Shown piece by piece: positions 56,980 through 64,000 of a stretch of 64,000 nucleotides of DNA; position 1 is the first letter of the stretch; every line of letters begins with the position of its first letter. A program made the position numbers and the translations under genes. Location: NCBI GenBank assembly GCA_963804815.1, contig CAWDRU010000002.1, positions 5,187,122 through 5,251,121 on the forward strand. The letters run 5' to 3'. The notes under the pieces are model-generated. The model worked only from the letters and a program-made list of their open reading frames with translations, ran no database searches and was not told the origin of the DNA. Origin of the DNA: Blastocatellia bacterium. Its GTDB lineage: Bacteria > Acidobacteriota > Blastocatellia > UBA7656.

Positions 56980-57033
56980 GGAAAAATCAGGGATACCTCT
57001 CTGGGGGAGATGTTACAAGCCAGAGAGGTATCC
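56980..57033 (-). terminator. Intercistronic hairpin with U-tract between the precursor gene and downstream enzymes (attenuator-like)
   Basis: Perfect 14-bp stem GGATACCTCTCTGG (56991-57004) / CCAGAGAGGTATCC (57020-57033). On the minus strand it is followed by CTGATTTTTCCC. A second 9-bp hairpin lies at 57065-57089. Confidence 0.55.
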
Positions 57034-57097
57034 GCAATTAATTAGTCAAGGAAAGGAGTATCCCGGTTCATTGGGAAAAACAATGAACCAACTACAC

Positions 57098-57349
57098 CTA
57101 ATTTTCTACCACATCCGGCAGTTCAGGATTACGCCCGCCACCGCCACCGCCGCCACCCGGTCCAACCGGCTGAGGATTAGTTGGAGAAGCGAACGTGCCG
57201 CATTCTGCACCGCAATCCCAGCAGCCTTGCGCTTCGGTCACATGCAGAAGCTGGAGCTCAAGTCTCTCTTCAAGGTCTTCTATGCTGAGGTTGGCCAATA
57301 CATCATCATTCAGCGGCTGAATCTCAAGATTCTCTGCTTTCTTTTTCAT
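57098..57349 (-). CDS. Candidate RiPP precursor peptide (83 aa)
   Basis: GGAGG RBS 8 nt before the ATG. Leader-like MKKKAENLEIQPLNDDVLANLSIEDLEERLELQ. Core-like LLHVTEAQGCWDCGAECGTFASPTNPQPVGPGGGGGGGGRNPELPDVVEN. Lies directly downstream of the rSAM/SPASM gene. Confidence 0.65.
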   Translation of the reverse strand: MKKKAENLEIQPLNDDVLANLSIEDLEERLELQLLHVTEAQGCWDCGAECGTFASPTNPQPVGPGGGGGGGGRNPELPDVVEN

Positions 57350-57466
57350 TAGTTTACCTCCATTGGGTTTTTTTCATATTGTTAGAGGTTGATGATTGGG
57401 CGCTGTCATAAAACTGGTTGAATGCCCCCGCCAATAGCGCATTCACCACAAAGATGCTGTATCGGA

Positions 57467-59038
57467 TTAATGGCCAAAGCTGGCTTCAACCGATGGCGCA
57501 TCCCGGTCGAGACCTCCCTGCAAAGCCTGATCAATGCCTTTCTTGAAGAAAGCCTGACCCGCGTACAGAAAGTTGTCTTGGAATTCGTAGCATGCGGGGC
57601 CGAATATCGTCCCCTTAACCCCTATCGGCAAAGAGGCGCAGCCGCCAAAGTGGAAGAAGGCGTACTTGCAGTTCTTACATTCGTCGATGGTTGCCGGAGA
57701 CCGCGTAAGCCAGTCGTCATTCCTGCCGTTTAAGGCAGGCCCGGCAGGCGAGTATGTGCCGGTCTCATGCCCGACCATCCCTACTGTGTCCCAGCACGTA
57801 TAAATCTTCCAGAACGGGTCGAAGATATACAGGCCCGTCGTAGCCGCGCATGGCTCGATGCCCTTGGCATAAAGGCCCGGCAGCTTATCTTTTACATAGG
57901 CTTTCAGCTTCATTTCGATGCCTTCATCAGAAGCCAGCACTTTCAACTCTCTGCCGCGCGCGATCTGTTCGCCTTGAGCGTAGATGGGCAACGAGCGGGC
58001 CTCGATCATCGGTTCCAGTTCCCTTTGCATATGGTGAATTGCCATCAGCGGGTAGTCAGGGTTTGCCTGCCCCTTATGAAAGTTATGCACGGGATAGGTG
58101 TAGACTTCAAAGTTGTCGTGTTCGTGAAAACCTTCGCTCTCAAGGTCATCTATGAGCGTTTTCACCTGCGATATGTTTTTGAAGTCTACATGGAAACGTA
58201 TCGAAACATGTGCCCCGGTCGGAAGCGCCTTCTTTATATTGCTGATGATCATGTCGTAAGTGCCCTGTTTGTACCGGGGGCCGACACGCTTTTTATTGTG
58301 GATTTCGCGCGGGCCATCAAGCGTGATCTGAAGGAAGCCTATCTTGTCCGGGCCTAGAAGGTGGATATAGCGGTCCAGGTCAACGGCATTTGTGATAGCG
58401 CCGAATTTGTAACCCTGCTTTAATCCTTTATCAATTATATACTCCACTATCGGCACAGTTTCGGCCATAAGCGGTTCGCCGCCATACAGAGTTATGTACT
58501 TCGTGTTATCACTGAGAGCCTCGCTTTTGGCTCCGAGCCGCTGCTTGACGAGGTTGTCCATACTGTCGAAAGCGGCGTCCACCATCGTCTCTGTCATCAC
58601 CTTCTGGAGCACTTTGAGCTTTCCCAGCTCTATACGCGTATCCGTCTCGAAACAGTAAGGGCAACGCAGATTACACTCATAGCTGGGGACCATCATGAAT
58701 CTGGGACGGAACCCCTTCACGTTTCTGTCGTGCAGGAAGCCCGCAATATGTTCAACGTAGTTCAATTCTTCCGCCGAAGACATGGTCGTCAGGTAACCCC
58801 GGCTTTTCAGCATGCCGATCGTGTCATCCGACACCTCGCCGAGTTCTCTGCCACAGAGCGCTTCTCTGACAATCTCCTGGTCTTTTATGTGCCAGGTGTG
58901 GTCAGGATCAACGCGCTCCAACAGATAATTGGCAACTTCGGCTGACACCAGGTCAACGGCTCCCGTATAGCCATGAACCAGATAGAATTCGTCGTTTTCA
59001 GAAACGTGAAAAAAGATGATGTAGTTACTCGTCTTCAT
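57467..59038 (-). CDS. Radical SAM / SPASM-domain peptide maturase with N-terminal RRE-like domain
   Basis: CNLRCPYC (CxxxCxxC, 58652-58675). GGEPL motif. C-terminal Cys-rich SPASM-like region (CAATTG..., YTCWD, CKNCKYAFFHFGGC, GPACYEF). About 110 aa lie ahead of the rSAM core. Confidence 0.85.
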   Translation of the reverse strand: MKTSNYIIFFHVSENDEFYLVHGYTGAVDLVSAEVANYLLERVDPDHTWHIKDQEIVREALCGRELGEVSDDTIGMLKSRGYLTTMSSAEELNYVEHIAGFLHDRNVKGFRPRFMMVPSYECNLRCPYCFETDTRIELGKLKVLQKVMTETMVDAAFDSMDNLVKQRLGAKSEALSDNTKYITLYGGEPLMAETVPIVEYIIDKGLKQGYKFGAITNAVDLDRYIHLLGPDKIGFLQITLDGPREIHNKKRVGPRYKQGTYDMIISNIKKALPTGAHVSIRFHVDFKNISQVKTLIDDLESEGFHEHDNFEVYTYPVHNFHKGQANPDYPLMAIHHMQRELEPMIEARSLPIYAQGEQIARGRELKVLASDEGIEMKLKAYVKDKLPGLYAKGIEPCAATTGLYIFDPFWKIYTCWDTVGMVGHETGTYSPAGPALNGRNDDWLTRSPATIDECKNCKYAFFHFGGCASLPIGVKGTIFGPACYEFQDNFLYAGQAFFKKGIDQALQGGLDRDAPSVEASFGH

Positions 59039-59483
59039 GCCGCATCTCCTGTCATCCGCATCCGGAATATTCCCTATGTAAGCGTAGACACACTGAGACC
59101 TACAGCCTCAGGAGGCTTTATGCCATTTATAATCAACAAAACAGGTTTTGGCTCAGGGCTTTAAGAAATGTACAGCACTGCTTTTATGTCGAACCGACTG
59201 AATCCAAAGACCTTACACAGACACTAAACTGCCAAACACAGTATTGCAGAATAAGAAAACGCACCTATGAGTGAATATAGAACGAATTGTGACGCGGCCT
59301 ACTTAAGAGGACGTGACTTATATCACACGCTAATTTCCGTGTCAATGAAATTCGATGAAAAGGGCGATTTAATCTCCGGAGGCATGTGAAGTAGATCACC
59401 TGTCGGAGTTTTTAGACGGTGATGAGAATACGAATGAAGTTTTTGAGTCTAAATGTTCGCGTCAGTCAGTTTATGAGTTGTGA

Positions 59484-62396
59484 TTACTGTGTCGAAACGG
59501 CGGTGACGCGCACGTTATCGAGATAGAAGCCTTCAAACTTATTGCGCTTCACATCTGCTGAAGATGTTATGAAGGTGAAGCTGAAATATGCCCGCTTCCT
59601 GCCGATATATTGAAGGTCAACTTTCGCCGGGCGAAACGCCGCGTCTGTGTTCGGTCGCACGTCGAACGCCAGCGGAAGCGTAGGCTCGTCCGGGCCAGTC
59701 GAGGCTCCGCTAAACGGAAAATTTCTGACCGTCAGGCTCATCAAATCGCTTGGCGTTTCGAGTCCGCTGAAGTAGTAATCAAACTCAAGCTGCGGTTTTG
59801 CCATGTTTTGCAAGTCTATGACGGGCGAGTAAGCCACGCCTGAGCTACCGGCTTTCGTGTAAGACTTGCGATCATTCGAGCCTTTTTTCTTTGAGAAGTA
59901 GAGCGAATGAATTCCGCCCGCCGCCCGCCGCTTCGTCAAATGCCAGTAGCCCTGCAACAGCCATTCCGGCGCATCCTGCTCGAAGTCCATCGAGTAAAGC
60001 GTGATGCGGCGGCCCGCCACCACGCGCATTTCAGTTGTTTCAAACGCGCCCGATTCGTTGCGCTCGTTCGCGTAGCTGATGACGAACTCGTCGCCCGGTT
60101 GAGCCTGTATGCCTGCGCCCGGCCCGCCGTCGGCCAGCAGGCTGAATGTGTTCGTGAAGCGGCCCGGAATGCTTTGCGGAAGATTTAATATTGTGTCCGC
60201 GCCTGTGCGCGAATTCCTGATATGCACATCAATTGAAGGCGCGGACAGCAGGTCGCGATCAACGACAACGATTGCGATCTGCTCGCCAATCACTATGGGA
60301 GAGCCCGGCCTGTCATTGATCACAATTTCGCCTGCTGAAACTTCGGGTGGCATCTCGTAGCTTTCAATCGCAGAAATTCTGTATCCGGTGCGAACAGATG
60401 ACAGAGAAGTCGCAGCGGTCTTGCCCAGACCGCGACGAGCGAACGCTCGCCATATTAAATCCTGATTCGCGCCGTTATTGGTTGTTCGGTCGGCAAGCAA
60501 TATCGCGTCGCGCGCGTCTATAAAGGTCGGAACAATCGGCGTAACTTTCAATCCGTTGATGACGAGTCGCTCGGCTGCCTGTCGTCCCGCGTCGAATCCA
60601 TAACGCTCGATAAACGACTGCCGCATCTCCCAAAGCATCGTGCACCAGACGGTTCCCTGCGCGTGAACTTCCGAGTTGGCTTGTATGTCGGCAAACGTGA
60701 GCGGGTCTGTGTCCATTCTGGTGCTGTAGGGATAGGCTCGCACGCCGCGCGCGCGCTGAGTGATGTAGCTTCCAGTCGTGACTGATGCGTCGAGGGGTTT
60801 GTCGCTGCCCGCGAGAAAAGACATGGCGAAAAAGTCGGACCAGCCTTCGCCCATACCGCTGCCCTGATTCGACCGCAGCCCGATTGTATTGTCCGTTCCC
60901 GCCAGTCGCGTCGAGACGCCGTGCGTGTATTCGTGAATTATCACGCTCGCGTCGTAGGAACTGTCGAGTTCTACGGCCTGCCCGTTTACGGTCTGGTTCC
61001 ACAGAAGCATCGCAAGCAGGGGCGGCGTACCCTCAAGGGTCGGGGTGAAGTAGGCGTTATTACGAACAAGCTGGTTTGTTTTCGATGGATTGATGTCAGC
61101 CCCGCGCAACGTATCTGCCCGCACAGGGTCCCCTCCCGCGCCTTTGCCGAAATTGTCAGCCTGAAAGTTGCGCGACAGTTCGTTGAAGCCGAGCGCGTAA
61201 AAGCGGTCGTGCGCGACGTTGACCCAGTAAAAGAGATTTGCAGCCGAAGCTTCGCCCGAACTTAATGGAGAATGTCCCAATGTAAGATCGAGCGCAAAAT
61301 CGAAATTGCCGTCGGCGTTCGCCTGTACGATATTACCGCCGCTTAGAGTTGGATTTAGAAAGACTCGCGCGTTATTGCCTTCTGTGCGGTTCGCGCCAAC
61401 CCAGCCTTGCGGCGAAGCGGTCTGGTCTCCGGCAAACGATATCATCTCTCGGTCGCTCAGGGCAGGGCTCTCTTTTGCAAAGACTCTTCCCTGCGGCCCG
61501 TCCACGGCAAGCGTGAGCGAGTCGCGTCTAAGCGCTTCGCCCGTCTTTGCGTCTATCAGTATCAGGTAGGAATCAAGCGCAGTAGGCACGCCGTAGAGCA
61601 GGACTTGAAAGGCAAGCCTCACATCATCGCGCGTGATCGGGTAATAAACCAGACTCGCCTCCGAGCGGCTATCCACTTCATCAGACGAAAAGACGACGCG
61701 CTCGCGCGCAGGCAACGATTCCCTTGTGGCCGTGAGCGGAGCCGCGAGCCGCACCCCGCAAATTTGAGCCGCCCGCGAAAGCGCCTGTTCCGCAGTCATC
61801 AAAGGCGACGGCGCGGGCGCTCGATGTTCGATCTGCGGAATGAAGCTACCGGATACCGAAAGAACGCGGCCCTCGCGGTCGAGTATAAACAGCATTTCAG
61901 AATCGAAGACTCGAATTCGATTCACCCTTTGTTCGAGCGCGAGCCGGGTCAGTCCCTCCCGCTCGTCGATTGTATGAGCCGAGACGCGGGAAGAATCGAT
62001 CTGATTCCGGCTTGCGGCAAACAGAGCGCGGTTGTCTCGAATAAAGCGATGGGCGATTGTCACAGCCGTATCGTTTGACCGGGGCGTAAGCGGAGTTGCG
62101 AGCGAGAGCAGCGCGTGAGGCAGGTCCATCTCGTCATTCCATCTGAGAATGGCTTTATCATTCAAAGCCAGCGCGCGTTGCTTCTGTTCGACGTTTGAAA
62201 CCTCAATAGGGCGCGCGCGCAGTTGCCGAGCGTCGAAATCGGGCAACGGTTCAAACTCTTTTGTAACCCCGACTTCATTTGAAGACGCGGGCAGTAATAC
62301 CTGCGCCGCAATCGGAAACTGCGAAACGAATACAAAAATAGTTATGAAGAGAAAAATGCTGTAGCGGCTGCTGGAACTGAATGAATTGAAGAACAC
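59484..62396 (-). CDS. Secreted M36 (fungalysin-like) zinc metalloprotease with propeptide and C-terminal extension
   Basis: Signal-like N-terminus, VIIHEYTHGVSTRL (HExxH), and GEGWSDFFA, characteristic of M36. Long C-terminal non-catalytic domains. Confidence 0.8.
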   Translation of the reverse strand: MFFNSFSSSSRYSIFLFITIFVFVSQFPIAAQVLLPASSNEVGVTKEFEPLPDFDARQLRARPIEVSNVEQKQRALALNDKAILRWNDEMDLPHALLSLATPLTPRSNDTAVTIAHRFIRDNRALFAASRNQIDSSRVSAHTIDEREGLTRLALEQRVNRIRVFDSEMLFILDREGRVLSVSGSFIPQIEHRAPAPSPLMTAEQALSRAAQICGVRLAAPLTATRESLPARERVVFSSDEVDSRSEASLVYYPITRDDVRLAFQVLLYGVPTALDSYLILIDAKTGEALRRDSLTLAVDGPQGRVFAKESPALSDREMISFAGDQTASPQGWVGANRTEGNNARVFLNPTLSGGNIVQANADGNFDFALDLTLGHSPLSSGEASAANLFYWVNVAHDRFYALGFNELSRNFQADNFGKGAGGDPVRADTLRGADINPSKTNQLVRNNAYFTPTLEGTPPLLAMLLWNQTVNGQAVELDSSYDASVIIHEYTHGVSTRLAGTDNTIGLRSNQGSGMGEGWSDFFAMSFLAGSDKPLDASVTTGSYITQRARGVRAYPYSTRMDTDPLTFADIQANSEVHAQGTVWCTMLWEMRQSFIERYGFDAGRQAAERLVINGLKVTPIVPTFIDARDAILLADRTTNNGANQDLIWRAFARRGLGKTAATSLSSVRTGYRISAIESYEMPPEVSAGEIVINDRPGSPIVIGEQIAIVVVDRDLLSAPSIDVHIRNSRTGADTILNLPQSIPGRFTNTFSLLADGGPGAGIQAQPGDEFVISYANERNESGAFETTEMRVVAGRRITLYSMDFEQDAPEWLLQGYWHLTKRRAAGGIHSLYFSKKKGSNDRKSYTKAGSSGVAYSPVIDLQNMAKPQLEFDYYFSGLETPSDLMSLTVRNFPFSGASTGPDEPTLPLAFDVRPNTDAAFRPAKVDLQYIGRKRAYFSFTFITSSADVKRNKFEGFYLDNVRVTAVSTQ

Positions 62397-62636
62397 CGAA
62401 ACACCTCTTTCAACAACTCTCCCGTCAGTCGCCGGGAGATGCTCAACCCTTTTATGCTCGTTTTATATAAAGTCTGAATGGCCGATAAATTATATCAGAG
62501 TCCGGCTGGAAGGTAATCTAAAATGGACAACCAGGGCTATTGCAAAGTAAATGTAGCGGTGATGGCGCAGTATGCGCTTCGCGCGGCGCGGGTAAGCCCA
62601 CGGCCCGGATGGCTGAAACCTTCGCCTTTGACTATG

Positions 62637-62985
62637 GAAATCTCAACGAAGCAGTTCTGATCTGCAACGAAGCAGTTCTGATCTCCGATGATGCAGATCA
62701 GAACTCAAACGTTTGAGTTCTGATCCTCAATAATTACAGATCGGAACTCAAACATTTGAGTTCTGAACCTCAATAGTTATAGATCGGAGCTCAAACTTTT
62801 GAGTTCTGAACCTCAACGAAGCAGCTCCGAATCTCCAACATTGGAGATCAGAACTGCGACGAAGCAGTTCTGAACCTCAATAGTTATAGATCGGAACTCA
62901 AACATTTGAGTTCGGAATCTCAACGAAGCAGTTCTGATCTGCAATATTGGAGATCAGAGCCTCACCGATGAAGCTCTGATCTCCA
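62637..62985. repeat. Array of about 16 phased (21-22 bp) copies of AGTTCTGATC / GATCAGAACT-like motifs in alternating orientation
   Basis: Includes a perfect 30-bp palindrome GATCAGAACTCAAACGTTTGAGTTCTGATC (62696-62725). GAACTCAAACATTTGAGTTC recurs, as do GATCTCCAACATTGGAGATC and CAGAACTGCGACGAAGCAGTTCTG. 11 GATC sites. No ORF. Confidence 0.8.
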
Positions 62986-63027
62986 AACGCTAAATGATGC
63001 TGTGCATCATCCTTAGAATCTCCTTAC

Positions 63028-64000
63028 TTATTCGAGGGCGTACAATGTTCCGGTTGATCCGAAGTTGGTGGCGAAATAGATCGCGCCATCGCCGATGGCC
63101 GCCGAAGCGATCACTCTGCCGTCGGCTTGAAATTTCCAAAGTTCCTCTCCCGTCCGTGCATCCACAGCATAAAAAGGGCGCGGCGTGGGCGTATCCTGTA
63201 AATTGACTACTCCGAAATAAACCACCCCGCCCGCTACGATTGGATCGGCCATCACCGCCGCTTCCGCCTTGAACTTCCACAGCAACTCGCCTGTCGTGCT
63301 GTTGAGCGCGTGCAGATACTGGTCCTGGTTTCCTATATAAACGACGCCGTTGGCTACAGCCGGGCGAGACCAGCCGGAAGCGCCGCCTTGATAGCTCCAA
63401 ACGACATCGCGCGTCTCGATGTTTATTCCGTAGAGGCGGCCATCGTTGCTTGCGATGTACAGCAGACCCTCGCTTATGGCAATGCCATTCGCCCACGCGA
63501 TTGAGGCAGGTCGCTGGATTCGCCATCTCTCCTGCCCCGTCTCGCTGTCCACTGCCAGCAGATTGCTCTGATTTGATGCGGAGTCAAGCGAAGATACATA
63601 AACGATGCCGTTATCATAAACCGGAGGCGTGTCTGAATCCCCGATATCGAGCTTCCATCTCTTTTTGCCTGTGCTTGTGTTTACGGCGTACAGATTGTTA
63701 TCAAAACAACAGAAATAGATTGTAGAGCCGACGACCAGAGGACCGGGCAGGGCAAGGTCTTTGGTCTTGAACTTCCACAGTTTCTCTCCTGTTTGAGCGT
63801 TCAGCGCGTAAAGGCGTTTGTACTGCGCGACGTAAACCACGCCCTCGGCGACAGCCACGGAAGAGAAGAGCGGCGTCGCGGGTTTGGCTTTAAATGACCA
63901 GATGGTGCTCCCTGTCGCGCTGTCGATTGCCGCAAGCCGACCGTTACTGCTCATCAGATAAATGATACCGTTGGCAAATACCGGCGGGGCATGAGTAATC
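63028..64000 (-). CDS. PQQ-like beta-propeller repeat protein (BamB-like fold); 5' end outside the window
   Basis: Repeated ...G.VY.....G.LYA.....G...W.F... blades (LYALNAQTGEKLWKF, LYAVNTSTGKKRWKL, LLAVDSETGQERWRI, LYGINIETRDVVWSY, LHALNSTTGELLWKF, FYAVDARTGEELWKF). The frame stays open to position 64000. Confidence 0.8.
   Translation of the reverse strand, partial: ITHAPPVFANGIIYLMSSNGRLAAIDSATGSTIWSFKAKPATPLFSSVAVAEGVVYVAQYKRLYALNAQTGEKLWKFKTKDLALPGPLVVGSTIYFCCFDNNLYAVNTSTGKKRWKLDIGDSDTPPVYDNGIVYVSSLDSASNQSNLLAVDSETGQERWRIQRPASIAWANGIAISEGLLYIASNDGRLYGINIETRDVVWSYQGGASGWSRPAVANGVVYIGNQDQYLHALNSTTGELLWKFKAEAAVMADPIVAGGVVYFGVVNLQDTPTPRPFYAVDARTGEELWKFQADGRVIASAAIGDGAIYFATNFGSTGTLYALE

Noticed and set aside
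59484-62396. M36 protease as a seventh member of the RiPP-like operon
   Set aside because: It is separated from the rSAM gene by about 445 bp of non-coding DNA and has its own signal peptide and long upstream region. A functional link (leader removal outside the cell) is possible but is not supported by gene spacing.
62637-62985. Possible CRISPR array
   Set aside because: The period is only 21-22 bp, the units alternate in orientation, and the would-be spacers are themselves repeated. No cas genes are present in the window.
62637-62985. GATC-rich region as a replication origin
   Set aside because: I found no DnaA-box cluster here. The only perfect TGTGGATAA I noticed is a single copy at about 48314-48322, which is compatible with chance. 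There is no dnaA/dnaN nearby, and the GATC enrichment follows from the repeated unit itself.
62990-63526. 178-aa ORF on the minus strand overlapping the PQQ-propeller gene in another frame
   Set aside because: The propeller frame shows six regular blade repeats, while this alternative frame is Arg-rich with no motif.

Overview
All calls below come from reading the ORF translations and the DNA by eye; no searches were run. The window looks like a chromosomal segment from an Acidobacteria-like genome. The main clue is two orphan duplicated MacB/FtsX permeases of the ADOP type, plus a GC-rich backbone with lower-GC islands (GC judged by eye).

Layout:
- 1-10 kb: conserved housekeeping block. It contains a CAP-domain protein, ispE, tRNA-Gln(UUG), prs, L25/ctc, pth, rpsF, rpsR and rplI. 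It continues with dnaB, interrupted by a 428-aa LAGLIDADG intein, and alr.
- 10-15.4 kb: lipid-type cassette. It has a serine-palmitoyltransferase-like oxoamine synthase, a KAS II-like enzyme, an ACP and an O-antigen-ligase/TPR membrane protein.
- 15.4-21 kb: VOC and GNAT genes, mglA/mglB, and a PIN toxin-antitoxin pair whose antitoxin 3' end is disrupted by a 146-bp MITE. An IS110-family element with a candidate bridge RNA and an M20 peptidase follow.
- 21-42 kb: miscellaneous genes, including Slt, a small lower-GC island, YfiT/DinB, EamA, Lrp, Prx, FGE-like, hydrolases, SDR, cyclophilin, DUF488, an NtrC-type regulator, an ankyrin protein and an ADOP permease.
- 42-48.5 kb: low-GC island with a 1063-aa repeat protein, then a decayed integrative-element remnant. 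The remnant has an integrase fragment, a 10 x 21 bp repeat array, an XRE HTH gene and a second MITE copy.
- 50.9-59.0 kb, minus strand: the most interesting locus. It is a tightly packed six-gene operon: a radical SAM/SPASM maturase, an 83-aa precursor-like peptide (CWDCGAEC core plus a Gly8 run), two M50-like membrane metalloproteases, an isoprenoid-synthase-fold/SHC-like class II cyclase fusion (DADTTA variant of DxDDTA) and a GT1 glycosyltransferase. I read this as a candidate undescribed RiPP pathway that adds a terpenoid and a sugar to the peptide.

Other structured DNA: a family of intergenic hairpins built from GGATGAR heptamers, and a 350-bp array of about 16 phased inverted 10-mers rich in GATC upstream of an M36 protease.
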